Positions 45,942 through 60,911 of a stretch of 64,000 nt of DNA are shown here, one piece after another. The position numbers and the translations under genes were made by a program. Position 1 is the stretch's first letter. Every line of letters starts with the position of its first letter. This DNA comes from Dictyostelium discoideum. Its lineage: Eukaryota. The notes beneath the pieces were generated by a model that was given only the letters and a program-made list of their open reading frames with translations, searched no databases and was not told where the DNA came from. The DNA lies in contig CM000152.2 of the NCBI GenBank assembly GCA_000004695.1, forward strand, positions 4,480,001-4,544,000. The letters are read 5' to 3'.

Positions 45942-48900
45942 TGGAACAATTAAAATTATTACTATGGAACTGCAGAGGTAATCAATCAACCAACGCTAAG
46001 AATAAAACAGAAGAAACGATAAAAAGAATTGGCACTCAATTAGCACTCCTAACTGAAACTAATTTCAATGGATTCAACCACCACAAAACAATGTTCAACT
46101 TTGAAAGAATAGATCATGGTTCAGGTAAAGGAACTGGCATAGCAATAGAAAATAGAGATACAAGAAAAGGCCACATATCAATAAACTTCAAAGACGATGA
46201 TGGTAGAATACTATCAATTAAATACAATTCCTTTAATTCTATCAACATATTATTGATCTATGCTCCAGCGACTATATCTGAAAGAAACACCTTCATAATC
46301 AACTCAAAATCACTGTTTAAAAAATATAATTCAATCAACCATCAAATAATAGCAGGCGACTTCAATAACAACCACGATTGCAACAGCTTCTTCGGTACTG
46401 AATTACGTAAAATAATAGACCAAGACATGCTACTAGATACTGGTATTGAAGAAAACACTCCAACATTTCCAAGATCAATGAAGAGACTAGATAGAATCTA
46501 CTGTCATCCAACACTACTAAACCAAAATTCAAAACTGGTAGTCCACAACACAGTATTTAACAAATCAGATCACTTTCCCATCACAATCACAATACAAACC
46601 AACAGAGAAACAACAACAACAACAACAACCAAATTAGAAAGACTCCCTTGGACATTATGTAAAGAAATTCTCAACAACAAACATATACATGATGGGTTAT
46701 CAGAATTAATCAGTAAGAACAAAGATAAGATCAAATCAGTGGAGGAATGGACGAAATTTAAAAATAATGTCATCAGAGATTATTTTAAAAAAGAACAAAA
46801 CAAAATAAAGAAAGAAAAGAACAAAAGAAAATACGTAATCCACAAATTACTTGGAAATAGTGATATCATTCCAAAGATGAGAAAAGAACTCAATGAAGAA
46901 ATAAGTAGAATATTAGAAGAAGAAAGAAAGGTAAAAGCATGGGATATCAAATTAAAACTCCACCTGCATCAAGAAACACCAAGCAAATACCTCACAAGTA
47001 TCCTTAAATCCAGAGCCAAAGATAAATCAATATTCCAAATAAAAGATAAAGATAATAAGACCATATCAGATAAAGAGAACATAGCAAAAAGATTTGTTGA
47101 ATTCTATCAAGATCAATATGAAGAGAAAGAAGATAACGAAGAAACCCACAAGAAGTTATTAGAAAAATGGGAAGTAGACGTTGATTTAATCAAGAAACTC
47201 GAGATAGACAGACCGATAAGAATACATGAAGTGACCAAAGCAATCAAAACTTCAAGTATCCACAAATCTCCAGGTTTAGACGGTATCAATGCACTATTCT
47301 ACAAGTACCACATCAACTCAATAGCAAGAATATTGACTATAGCTTTCAACGACCTCCTCACAAATAAGAAAGAAATCCCCACAAAATTCAAAGAAGGAGT
47401 AATAACAACAATATTCAAAAAAGGAGATGAACTAAACATTTCAAATAGAAGACCAATCACCCTTCTCAATACAGATTACAAAATTTTAAGCAAAATTCTC
47501 AACAGTAGATTATTAGATATCACCAGTAAAATTATCAACAAATTTCAAAACGGCTTTGTTCCAAACAGGTTCATCCAAGACAATATTCAGATCATGAAGG
47601 AAGTAATAGAAATAAGTAACAAAAGAAAGAACAATACACTCATTACCTTTTACGATTTTAACAAAGCATTCGATTCAATCAGCCACAAGAGTATCACAAG
47701 AACATTAGAGCATATTGGTATCCCCCCAAAATTCACAGCGATCCTACTAAACCTACTCAAAGATACTAAAAACAAAATAAAGATCAACGACTTTTTAGTC
47801 AATGGAATAACAATCAGAACAGGAACAAAACAAGGAGACCCAATATCACCAACAATCTTTGCTCTAGTTTTAGAACCACTTCTAATAGATATCATCAATG
47901 ATAATACAATCAAAGGCTTCACTCTACCAAATTCCAAATCATTAAAACTCACTGCATTTGCTGACGACATAGCAACCTTTACAAACTCCACAGAAGAACT
48001 AATGAAAATTAATACTAAAATCCAAAAGTACTGCTCAGCAACGTCATCATCGTTAAACAAAGAGAAAACAGTAATGATAGCAATAGGAGATAAACCACAC
48101 GATCTACCATTCCAAGAGAGTACAGTCCCAGAAAGATATCTTGGCCTCAATTTCACCAAAACAGGTTTAAATTCAAAATACAACACTTTAATCCAAGAAA
48201 TGAAAAACAATCTAATCAAATGGAAATCACAAGCAATAACGATGAAGGCAAAGATGACAATTCTCAAAACATACGTTCTATCCAAATTAACATACCATCA
48301 ATACATGGATAATCTAAATGAAGAACAAATTGAGGAAATCAATAACATGACCAGATGGTTCTTATTCTCCTCAGTTAAGAATACATATACAGAAGAGAGA
48401 AAATACAAAACTATGATGAAAATAGACAGAGCATATGCAGATTGGAAAGAAGGAGGCATAAAATTATGGGATATAGAACTAAGACATATAGCATTCAAAA
48501 TCTGGTACATGAACAGGCTACTCCATAACAACTACAACAACAACAACAATACCTTACAAGAATGGTACATGGAGCAATTAAGTAGAAAAAAAGCCCACAC
48601 TTCAACCCTCAACGATATGTGCAGACACTGGGGTGTATTCAGAGTCAAATTTTACCAAAACCATCCAAAGATAAATGAACTTCCAGACTGTATAAGAAAC
48701 GACAATGACGAACCACTAAAACTGAAAGAAATTTACGAACTCATGATCAAAGACAGACACCCAACACCAAGAAGAACAGAATGGCAGAAGTTATGGGCGG
48801 TGAGATACAACACAGCAATACCCAAAGTATTCATAAACATCAACAGCATTTCTCACCAAAAAGGTAGAAACACCCTCTTCAGATTCTTCTCAAGATCACT

Positions 48901-49384
48901 TCCAGGTATCAACCACGAAAGAGACACCAGATGCAAGATCTGTGGCCACCTATTCAGAGACCCTTATTCTCACCTCTTCACTCTATGCCAAGATATCCTA
49001 GATATTGAAAAAACCATCATATCAACAGTTAACAAATTATCATTCATCAAAATCCACAGATGGTCAATGGATACCTTAGACATATCAAAATACAACAGAA
49101 CTGAGAGAATCTTCCCCAATCTCATAGGAATAATAGCACACCAATTATGGAAGATAATCTGTCACAAATTGTTCAACACTGATGAAAGCAAACCAGAGCC
49201 AAAATTCGAACAAAAGGTCATAGAAACAGAATTACTAAATCTCATCGAAACTGAAAAATTCATCACACTAAAGAAAATCAAACACGACGAAGCAATACTA
49301 AAAAATACAAATCAAGATCTTCACAAATACAAATTCAACAAAGCCTGGCAAACCCCAGCAGCTCCGAACCCTCTTCCAATTTAA
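45941..49384 (+). CDS. Retrotransposon ORF2 polyprotein (apurinic-like endonuclease plus reverse transcriptase), 1147 aa.
   Basis: See the element call above. There is one long uninterrupted ORF in non-AT-rich DNA. Confidence 0.85.
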   Translation: MEQLKLLLWNCRGNQSTNAKNKTEETIKRIGTQLALLTETNFNGFNHHKTMFNFERIDHGSGKGTGIAIENRDTRKGHISINFKDDDGRILSIKYNSFNSINILLIYAPATISERNTFIINSKSLFKKYNSINHQIIAGDFNNNHDCNSFFGTELRKIIDQDMLLDTGIEENTPTFPRSMKRLDRIYCHPTLLNQNSKLVVHNTVFNKSDHFPITITIQTNRETTTTTTTKLERLPWTLCKEILNNKHIHDGLSELISKNKDKIKSVEEWTKFKNNVIRDYFKKEQNKIKKEKNKRKYVIHKLLGNSDIIPKMRKELNEEISRILEEERKVKAWDIKLKLHLHQETPSKYLTSILKSRAKDKSIFQIKDKDNKTISDKENIAKRFVEFYQDQYEEKEDNEETHKKLLEKWEVDVDLIKKLEIDRPIRIHEVTKAIKTSSIHKSPGLDGINALFYKYHINSIARILTIAFNDLLTNKKEIPTKFKEGVITTIFKKGDELNISNRRPITLLNTDYKILSKILNSRLLDITSKIINKFQNGFVPNRFIQDNIQIMKEVIEISNKRKNNTLITFYDFNKAFDSISHKSITRTLEHIGIPPKFTAILLNLLKDTKNKIKINDFLVNGITIRTGTKQGDPISPTIFALVLEPLLIDIINDNTIKGFTLPNSKSLKLTAFADDIATFTNSTEELMKINTKIQKYCSATSSSLNKEKTVMIAIGDKPHDLPFQESTVPERYLGLNFTKTGLNSKYNTLIQEMKNNLIKWKSQAITMKAKMTILKTYVLSKLTYHQYMDNLNEEQIEEINNMTRWFLFSSVKNTYTEERKYKTMMKIDRAYADWKEGGIKLWDIELRHIAFKIWYMNRLLHNNYNNNNNTLQEWYMEQLSRKKAHTSTLNDMCRHWGVFRVKFYQNHPKINELPDCIRNDNDEPLKLKEIYELMIKDRHPTPRRTEWQKLWAVRYNTAIPKVFININSISHQKGRNTLFRFFSRSLPGINHERDTRCKICGHLFRDPYSHLFTLCQDILDIEKTIISTVNKLSFIKIHRWSMDTLDISKYNRTERIFPNLIGIIAHQLWKIICHKLFNTDESKPEPKFEQKVIETELLNLIETEKFITLKKIKHDEAILKNTNQDLHKYKFNKAWQTPAAPNPLPI

Positions 49385-49389
49385 GTAGT

Positions 49390-49450
<61 letters not shown>

Positions 49451-49758
49451 ATATAGTTTAAAAAATTTAATACAATTGAATAATAATAATAAAACCTTTT
49501 AACAAACACCGCTGAAAAGACACAAGGACATTCCTTGAAGGTCTGATCACAGGTAAAAAAAAAAAAAAACACCGCTTTTAGGTAAAAAAAAAAAAAAAGT
49601 TATAATATATAAATAAAAACGTAAAACTGATTTTTCGAAAAACGAAAAATTGTTTTTATATTTTATTTTTATTTTTTATTTTCGGTTTTAACAAACCGAA
49701 CTTCGTAAAGTACCAAAATACTTTACAATCCATATTTAATTTTCATTTTGCAGAAAAC

Positions 49759-50330
49759 GCACATGTCCCATGCCAAAATTAATATGGCTGCTGAAATTAA
49801 TATGGTAATTTTGGCATGGGACTTATGTCTGCTAGAATTACCACATTAATTTCAGCAGCCATATTAATTTTGGCATGCACAGACCAACTATTTTAGGCTG
49901 AAATTAATATGGCTGCCGAAATTAATATGGTAATTTTGGGCATAGAAAAATAAAAAAAAAACTCAAAGTCATTTAATTAATAATCATCTCAAATATAAAA
50001 GAATTAAAAATAATAAAAAAAAACTCATGGGATTAATTACAGTAACAATACTGATGACAAGAATAATTATAAAATAAAAAAAAAAAAAAAATCTTTTTTT
50101 ATCTTTTTATTTTTATTTCTTATTTATTTTCATGTGTTCAAAAAAAGTGGTGGTTTAAAACAATTTATTTAATTTTAAACTGTATGATTGTTTAAACAAT
50201 TTCGAAATAAGTTTCTTTAAAGAAATTCTGTATTTCTTTTTTTTATTTTATTTTATTTCATTTCATTCTATTTTTTTTTTTTTATTTTTTTTATTTTTTT
50301 ATTTTTTTATTTTTTTTTTGTATATTTAAG

Positions 50331-50424
<94 letters not shown>

Positions 50425-50426
50425 TA

Positions 50427-50470
<44 letters not shown>

Positions 50471-51573
50471 ATTACTATTATTTAATTGACCGAAGGGATA
50501 TCTTTTACTTTTTTTTTATATATAATTGTTCGAAACTTTAAAAAATAAAATAAAAAAAAAAAATTAAAAAAAAAAATATAAAAAAAAAATTAAAAAAATT
50601 AAAAAGTATTTTTTTTTTTTATTTTTTTATTTTTCCACCCGAAGATGTCGCTTTTTTGGAATTTAAAGATGTTGAATTCAATCAAAGTGATGAATTTGGT
50701 GTATTATTTAACGAAGTTACTATTGATAAAAATGATTTGAAGTACAAAGTAAATGTTGAATTTAGAGAGGCGGAGACAAGTAAAATAAATTGCAAAGGGA
50801 TATCGAAATAACCAAAAGAAAATCAACAGATGACCTAGTTGAAAAAGCAATCGAGCACTCTACCACCGAAGTTAGATCAACACATGAAGCTGCAACAACT
50901 TCCAATAATGGTGGAATCACAACTCAATCAAACAAAAACAAAACGGGTAAAAAAAGAGCTAATCAATTACAATCTGATGCTGATTTTACCAAAAGATTTT
51001 CAAACGAAACTTCATCTGTTAGTAACAAAAGAGAAAGTAGAAGAGTCAATAATTAAAATAAAAAATTAAAAAAAAAAAATTATTTTAATTTTTTTTTTTT
51101 TTTTTTTTTTTTATTTTTAATTTTTTTTTTTATTTTTAATTTTTTTTTTTGTGAGCCGTGGACATAAATGAATAATAAAAAAATATATCAACTAAAAAAA
51201 AAAGAAATGAAAATAAATTATAAAATTAATAATAAAAATAAAAAGATAAAAATAAATAAAAGATATAAATAAAATAATATGAAAATTTTTTTTTTTTTTT
51301 TTTTTATTATTATAATTATTATAATAAAAATAATAATAATAATAATTTTAGTACTAAAATTTTGTTTATATTTGAGATGATTATTAATTAAATGACTTTG
51401 ACTTTTTTTTTTTTTCTATGCCAAAATTACCATATTAATTTTGGCAGCTATGTACATGCTGAAATTAATATGGCTGCTGAAATTAATACGGTAATTTTGG
51501 CAGACATAAGTCCCATGCCAAAATTAATATAGCTGCTGAAATTAATATGGTAATTTTGGCATGGGACACGCAC
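49759..51573. mobile_element. Non-autonomous element (~1.8 kb) bounded by ~220-bp terminal inverted repeats (about 49759..49998 and 51364..51573). The interior is non-coding with an (ATT)n tract at 50335..50468.
   Basis: The left end acgcacatgtcccatgccaaaatta...ttttgggcatag...aaagtcatttaattaataatcatctcaaatataaa reappears as its reverse complement at the right end (...tttatatttgagatgattattaattaaatgactttg...ctatgccaaaatta...catgggacacgcac). Each TIR is built from 44-bp palindromic sub-units (gccaaaattaatatggctgctgaaattaatatggtaattttggc). The internal ORFs 50790..51069 are short and low-complexity. Confidence 0.6.
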
Positions 51574-51579
51574 AATATA

Positions 51580-52078
51580 AAAAATACAGGTTCAACTGGA
51601 ATTATATAAACACAAATCTTGACCTAGTCAGAACACATGCATATTGGAACTTAATCTCATTAGTTATTCACCAAATATGGATATGGTTATGCAAATCATT
51701 ATTTGACATCAATATAACTCAATCAATTGACAATTGGAACAACCAAATAAACAACACAACACTAGATTATGATATATTAAAATCAAAATGGCACAAGCTA
51801 ATAAGATTGGAATATTCAAGAACATTATCAAACTTTAACCAATACTCAATTAAAAACAACCTCACAAAAACTCAAAAAGAAACCCAATGGTCCGAAACCA
51901 TCAAAAAATTTAAAAAAGAATGGAGCATAAACACAAATGAACCAATTCCAACAATTACACCACCAATTAATTATTAATTACCTAATCTAAAATAACATAC
52001 CATTTTAAATTCACAAAAACTAAAAAACCTAAAATAAATAAATAAAAATAACATACTACAATAGTTTATTTATATCAA

Positions 52079-52109
<31 letters not shown>

Positions 52110-52110
52110 T
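51580..52110 (+). mobile_element. 3' fragment of a TRE-type retrotransposon (ORF2 C-terminal end plus poly(A)), abutting the right TIR of the inverted-repeat element.
   Basis: ORF 51561..51977 (HQIWIWLCKSLFD...KKEWSINTNEPIPTITPPINY) parallels the last ~130 aa of the full-length ORF2 (HQLWKIICHKLFNTDESKPEPKFEQK...QTPAAPNPLPI). An A-run at 52082-52110 terminates it. Confidence 0.5.
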
Positions 52111-52368
52111 TTGGAGGTTAAGAAAATCATTTTTTTTTAAATTATTTCTACTATTTTAGAATAAATAAAAAAAAAAAAAAAAAAAAAAAACTGATGATGG
52201 TATAGGTTAAGGAAAAAAATTTAAATTTTCGGGTGACTGTAAAAAAACTAAAAATCTATTTTTACAAAAGTTGGGTTTTGTTTTAATTTCTAATTTTTTT
52301 ATTTTTGAATTTGAAAATCAAAACTCATCATTTATAAAAAAAAAAAAAAAACTAAAATAAAATAAAAA

Positions 52369-56318
<3,950 letters not shown>

Positions 56319-56336
56319 TGAGAATTAGGAATAAAT

Positions 56337-56881
56337 ATGGAAATTAAAAAAACTCATTTCTTTGAAAATTGGACTCAAACAAGCTTATCATATAATAAAC
56401 ATCATTATATTGCAAATATTAAAGGTACATCAAATATTACCATTGAAACTGAATGGTTTGATAGTTTAACAAATATTACATTTGCAAATCAAAAATTAAC
56501 AATGAATCCTCCAACTTTGAAATATAATATCAATATTACAAAATATGAATTTATTTCTAATATTAATTCACTTCAATTAGTTATTCAATCAAAACTATCA
56601 AAAAATTCAAATATTGATCATAGTATTTGTTCAGCTCAATCATTTGGGGAAACAACCTCAAATGATAATTCAAATTATATTCAATTATCAGTTGAAAAAC
56701 ATTCATTATATGGTCGTTTCATAAAAAGAGGTATAGTTGATAATAAAATCATTTCAATTAATAATGAACAATTAAATGATTTAAATTCTGAAAGTTCTTA
56801 TTATACATCAGAATCTCATATTGGTATAAATATACCTTGGTTTAAGGATTTAGTTCAATTAGATCCAGGTATGTATAGTTT

Positions 56882-56918
<37 letters not shown>

Positions 56919-57140
56919 AAGATGTATATATTATATAGTAAATTATTATATAAATACTAATTATCTTTTTTTTTATTTTTTTAATTAAAAATAATCATAA
57001 AAATTATTAGATTTTTCTGTATTATTAGATGGATCATCAACAAACTCAATATGCAAAGATGGTCACAGTTTATCAAAAAAAAGCGTTAATTGGTGTTATT
57101 GTAGGCTGTGTTGGTAATTATCGTTGTAGCATTTATTGTT
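56337..57140 (+). CDS. Tandem partial paralog or continuation of the surface-protein locus, with a N-glycosylation-rich ectodomain. A C-terminal TM exon (ALIGVIVGCVGNYRCSIYCCKI) lies at about 57080..57140.
   Basis: ORF 56337..56868 has many NxT/S sites and no signal peptide. It is in the same frame as the upstream block, separated only by TAA TGA. A GTATGT donor sits at 56869. A downstream AG acceptor at ~57078 gives a clean TM + stop exon in phase 1. Confidence 0.3.
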
Positions 57141-57875
57141 GTAAAATATAGAACCGATATGAAAATTATGAAAATTAAGTTAATAAAATTAAACAAATAT
57201 TAAAATCATATTAACCAACAAGCAATGTCTTGAAAAAAAAAAAAATAATAATAATAATAAAATAGATAATATCTACTAAATAATTAATGATTATTTTTAG
57301 TTTTTATCTTTTTTCTACTCTTTTTTAAAAAATAGAATACAACATGAGATATTAATTTATTTATTTTTTATTTTTTATTTTTTTTTATTTTTTTTTTTTA
57401 TTTTTTTTTTTTATTTTTTTTTATTTATTATTTATTTGAGTTTAAAAATTGTTTTAACCAGTATATCACAGAGAACTTGATATTTCTTTAGGGTTTTTTT
57501 ATTTTGGGGTATTGAATCCATGAACTATGGCACACCATTTTTTCCAAGCATTTAATTAGATAAAGAATGAATAGAAAATTAAAAAAAAAAAAAAAAAAAA
57601 TATATATTATCAAGATCATGGATATTGATAATTTCAAACACTTCCAAAAATAGTTAAAATAGTTTGGTTAAATATAAATATTAAAAATATTTCAAAACCC
57701 TTTAAAAATTTTACCTCTTTTTGGTTATTTCTTTTTATTCATTTATTAAATTTTAGAAAATTAAAAAATATATAAATTAATTTTTTTTTTTTAAAAAAAA
57801 AACCTATAAATATTTGAAAACCAATTTCATTTTTATTTTTTATATTATAATTTTAATAAAGAAAGATAAAAAAAG

Positions 57876-58331
57876 ATGGTTAATGCAATTGTAATTATTA
57901 AGGGATTGGGGGTTGAAGGAAAAGTAACATTATCTCAAGAATGTGAAGGTAGTCCAATTTACATCAATGGAACAGTTAGTGGATTAACACCTGGTCAACA
58001 TGGTATGCACGTCCATGAATTTGGCGATACAAGTAATGGATGTATTAGTGCTGGAGATCATTATAATCCATTGCATAGAGAGCATGGTTCTCCTTTAGAT
58101 GTTGAACGTCATATTGGTGATTTAGGAAATATTAAAGCTCTTTCAAATGGTGTTGCAACAATTTCAATTAGAGATACTATAATGTCTTTATTTGGAGATA
58201 TATCTGTAATGGGTAGAACAATGGTAATTCATTCTGATAGGGATGATTATGGTAGAGGTAATTTTCCAGATTCAAAAACAGCTGGTCACTCTGGTAAAAG
58301 AGTTGGATGTGGTATTATTGCAAAGATTTGA
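57876..58331 (+). CDS. Cu/Zn superoxide dismutase, 151 aa, single exon.
   Basis: The copper ligands (HVHEFGD) are present, together with the zinc-loop and C-terminal SOD1 signature GNAGGRLACGVI-like motif ([15 protein letters not shown]). The catalytic Arg is in [13 protein letters not shown]. Confidence 0.85.
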
Positions 58332-59250
58332 ATAAAAAATAAAAAGGATAATATCAATTTTTGATTTTTTTTTTTTTTTACTTATTTATTTATTTGATTT
58401 TTTTTTTTACTTATTTATATATTTGATTTTTTTTTTTTTTTTTTAATTATTATTATTTTTAAAATTCTGATTAAAATTAGAAATACAAATATGAAATAAT
58501 CATAATGTGAAGTATTAGTTTGAATAACAAATATGGTTGTGTTATTATTAAATTGTGTGGAAGTTAAATTACTAATCCTTATATTCATTTATTTTAATAT
58601 TTGTGTATTTTATATAATGGATTCCATATTCAATTGAATTGTTAATTGAATAGTATTTGTAATATTATTTAAAAGGTATGATCTTGCTCTATCACTTCCA
58701 TCCCCAGTTCAATTCATGGTAGTGGTTCATTATCATCTATATCACCACATTCACTATTATTATATTTTATATGCTATTACTGTTTACAACTAATGTTAGT
58801 GGCTGTGGTGTCAGTAATAATTTTGGTGTTAAAAAAAAAAAATGAATGAAAAAAAAAATGAACACAAATTGAAAGTAAATTGTTAATTATTTTTTTAACA
58901 ATCAAATAACTGTTTTAAATTAATTTTTTTTTTTTATTTTTGGTAAATTGTTTTAATTATAAAAAAAAAAAATTTCAGTGTATTTTTTTTTTTTTTTTTT
59001 TTAATTATTTATTATTCTTTTTTTGGTTGATATTTTGTGAATAGTTTTATTTTTTTAAATTCTCGACACAAATTACTAATTTTTTTTTTTTTAATTAAAA
59101 ATAAATATTTATTTTTTCTTTTACTAAACCATGTTTATAGAGCTTGATGTCAGTATGTTTCTTTTATTATTTATTTTAATTTTTTTTTTTTTTTATTATT
59201 TCTATTAAGATTATCATTAACAATTTCTTCAAAACAATAATAAATAATAA

Positions 59251-60424
59251 ATGATTGCTAATAAAATTTCTGATATTAAAAACTCAAATATTTTTTCTAT
59301 ATATAAAAAAGATTATATTTTAGGAGTCAAGAATGTTGGTGACAAAGAGTTTAAAGTACACGCATTAAATGGTGGTAAATATTTAGATATGTCTTATAAA
59401 AGCGGTACATTATCAAAACTCCTTTTGATACAAGAGGTAATTATTTTTAGTTTTAATTTTAGAAGCTCTATTTAAAAATCAAAATTTTTAATAACATATA
59501 AAAACTTATTTTGTAATTTAGTATTTACATGATGTTTTTACAGAAGGTGAATTAGATGGTGTCATTATTAAAAGAAATTTATCAGAATCTAAATTTGATG
59601 AGTTTGAAGAAAAATATAGAGATTATAAAGTTGAATATGTCAAACATGGAGGTTTGGTAATCATTTATGAAAATCTATCAACTGGAATAGCTCACTTTTA
59701 TTGTACTGGTGCTTTATTTCCAATGTTTGAACGTGTAAATAGTTTTTATGTACAAAGGGTTTTAACTACTAGTTCTGATCTTTCAATTAGTCTTCCTCAT
59801 GGTTCTAGACAACCAGATTTAAGTTCATTACCTGATGGAAGACAAAGTTTGGTTCCTACAACTGTTGTTGAGATTGGTGTCTCACAATCAGTCACTCACT
59901 TAGTAAAAAAGTGTGCTTCTTTCTTTAGAAATACTCAAATCGAAATAGTATTGGGAATAAAGATTTTTTCAAAAGAAGATGATAATACATTTAGAGCAGT
60001 AGCATTTAATTATAGCCGTAATGGGTTAAATGGCAATTGTCTATCAATTGTTTCATTTGGCAGTTGCAGAACAACTGTACAAGATGAAGAACTCTTTTTA
60101 GAATTAACCAACAACAATCAAAATCCAAATATTCTTACAGGTGTTTTATCAACCAATCAAGTTTTAAACAATGCACCAAATACACCACCATTTGTAATCA
60201 ACGTACGTAAATATATTAATAAATTATAATTTTTAATCAATGTATTAATTACAAAAATTATTCTATAGATTCCATTAGCAGCATTATTAAATGGAGCTTC
60301 TCCACAACCACAATTTCTTCCAAACTTGTTACAAGCACCTATTAATATTCCAATTGATTTATTTACAGTAAAAATCTATTTAGAAACAAAAATTCCAGCA
60401 AATAGATCTTTTACATCTTTTTAA
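59251..60424 (+). CDS. Hypothetical protein (~340 aa), three exons: 59251..59436, 59522..60202 and 60269..60424.
   Basis: The ATG at 59251 is followed by a GTAATT donor at 59437. The acceptor AG is at 59520-59521, phase 0, and runs into ORF 59654..60229 (...GVLSTNQVLNNAPNTPPFVIN). The GTACGT donor at 60203 to AG at 60267-60268 is optional; without it the protein ends ...VRKYINKL. No recognizable domain is found. Confidence 0.4.
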
Positions 60425-60649
60425 TATATAAATAAGAAAAATTAGTTTATATTCAGTCTTATTCTCAACTTCACTTAATTACAAATAGAACTAATAAATA
60501 TAATTGGTTTTTATACCTTTTAACACATAAATATTTAGTTTAGTAAAATAGAATTTATTTATTTTATTTTATTACTTTTCTCCTATGAGTATAGAATATT
60601 GTTGTTAGTTTAGTATTTCTATCTTTGGAATTTTTTGACTATTGAAGAA

Positions 60650-60788
60650 CTGATAGGAATGATTATGGTAGAGGTAATTTCCCAGATTCAAAAACAACAC
60701 TAGTCACTCTGGTAAAAGAGTTGGATGTGGTATTATTGCAAGATTTAAATAAAAAAAATAAAATAAAATAGGGTAATATCAATTTTTG
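60650..60788 (+). pseudogene. Duplicated fragment of the Cu/Zn-SOD 3' end, covering the last ~30 codons plus the 3' UTR.
   Basis: 60650-60788 (ctgataggaatgattatggtagaggtaatttcccagattcaaaaaca...ctctggtaaaagagttggatgtggtattattgcaagattt...atatcaattttt) is about 90% identical to 58231-58372, with small indels that break the frame. Confidence 0.7.
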
Positions 60789-60848
60789 TTTTTAGTTTTT
60801 ATTTTTTTATTTATTTATTTATTTATTTATTTGTTTATTTGTTTATTT

Positions 60849-60896
<48 letters not shown>

Positions 60897-60911
60897 TTAT
60901 TATTTATTTTT

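Larger units (their letters stand above)
44990..49447 (+). mobile_element. Full-length non-LTR (TRE3-like) retrotransposon with ORF1, ORF2 (APE endonuclease + reverse transcriptase + C-terminal Cys motif) and a poly(A) tail.
   Basis: ORF1 is split into 45070..45402 and 45423..45941. The 1147-aa ORF2 (45941..49384) has an L1-like APE N-terminus, an RT motif (FYDFNKAFDSISH...FADD) and CKICGHLF...C. The element ends TAA + (A)55 at 49393-49447. It is oriented away from tRNA-Leu(AAG) on its 3' side. Confidence 0.8.

Noticed and set aside
47650-48531. Minus-strand ORFs inside retrotransposon ORF2.
   Set aside because: They are antisense to the RT domain. There are no signals and no similarity.
51561-51600. 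The Met start of ORF 51561..51977.
   Set aside because: That Met lies inside the right terminal inverted repeat. The ORF is the tail of a truncated retroelement ORF2, not an independent gene start.
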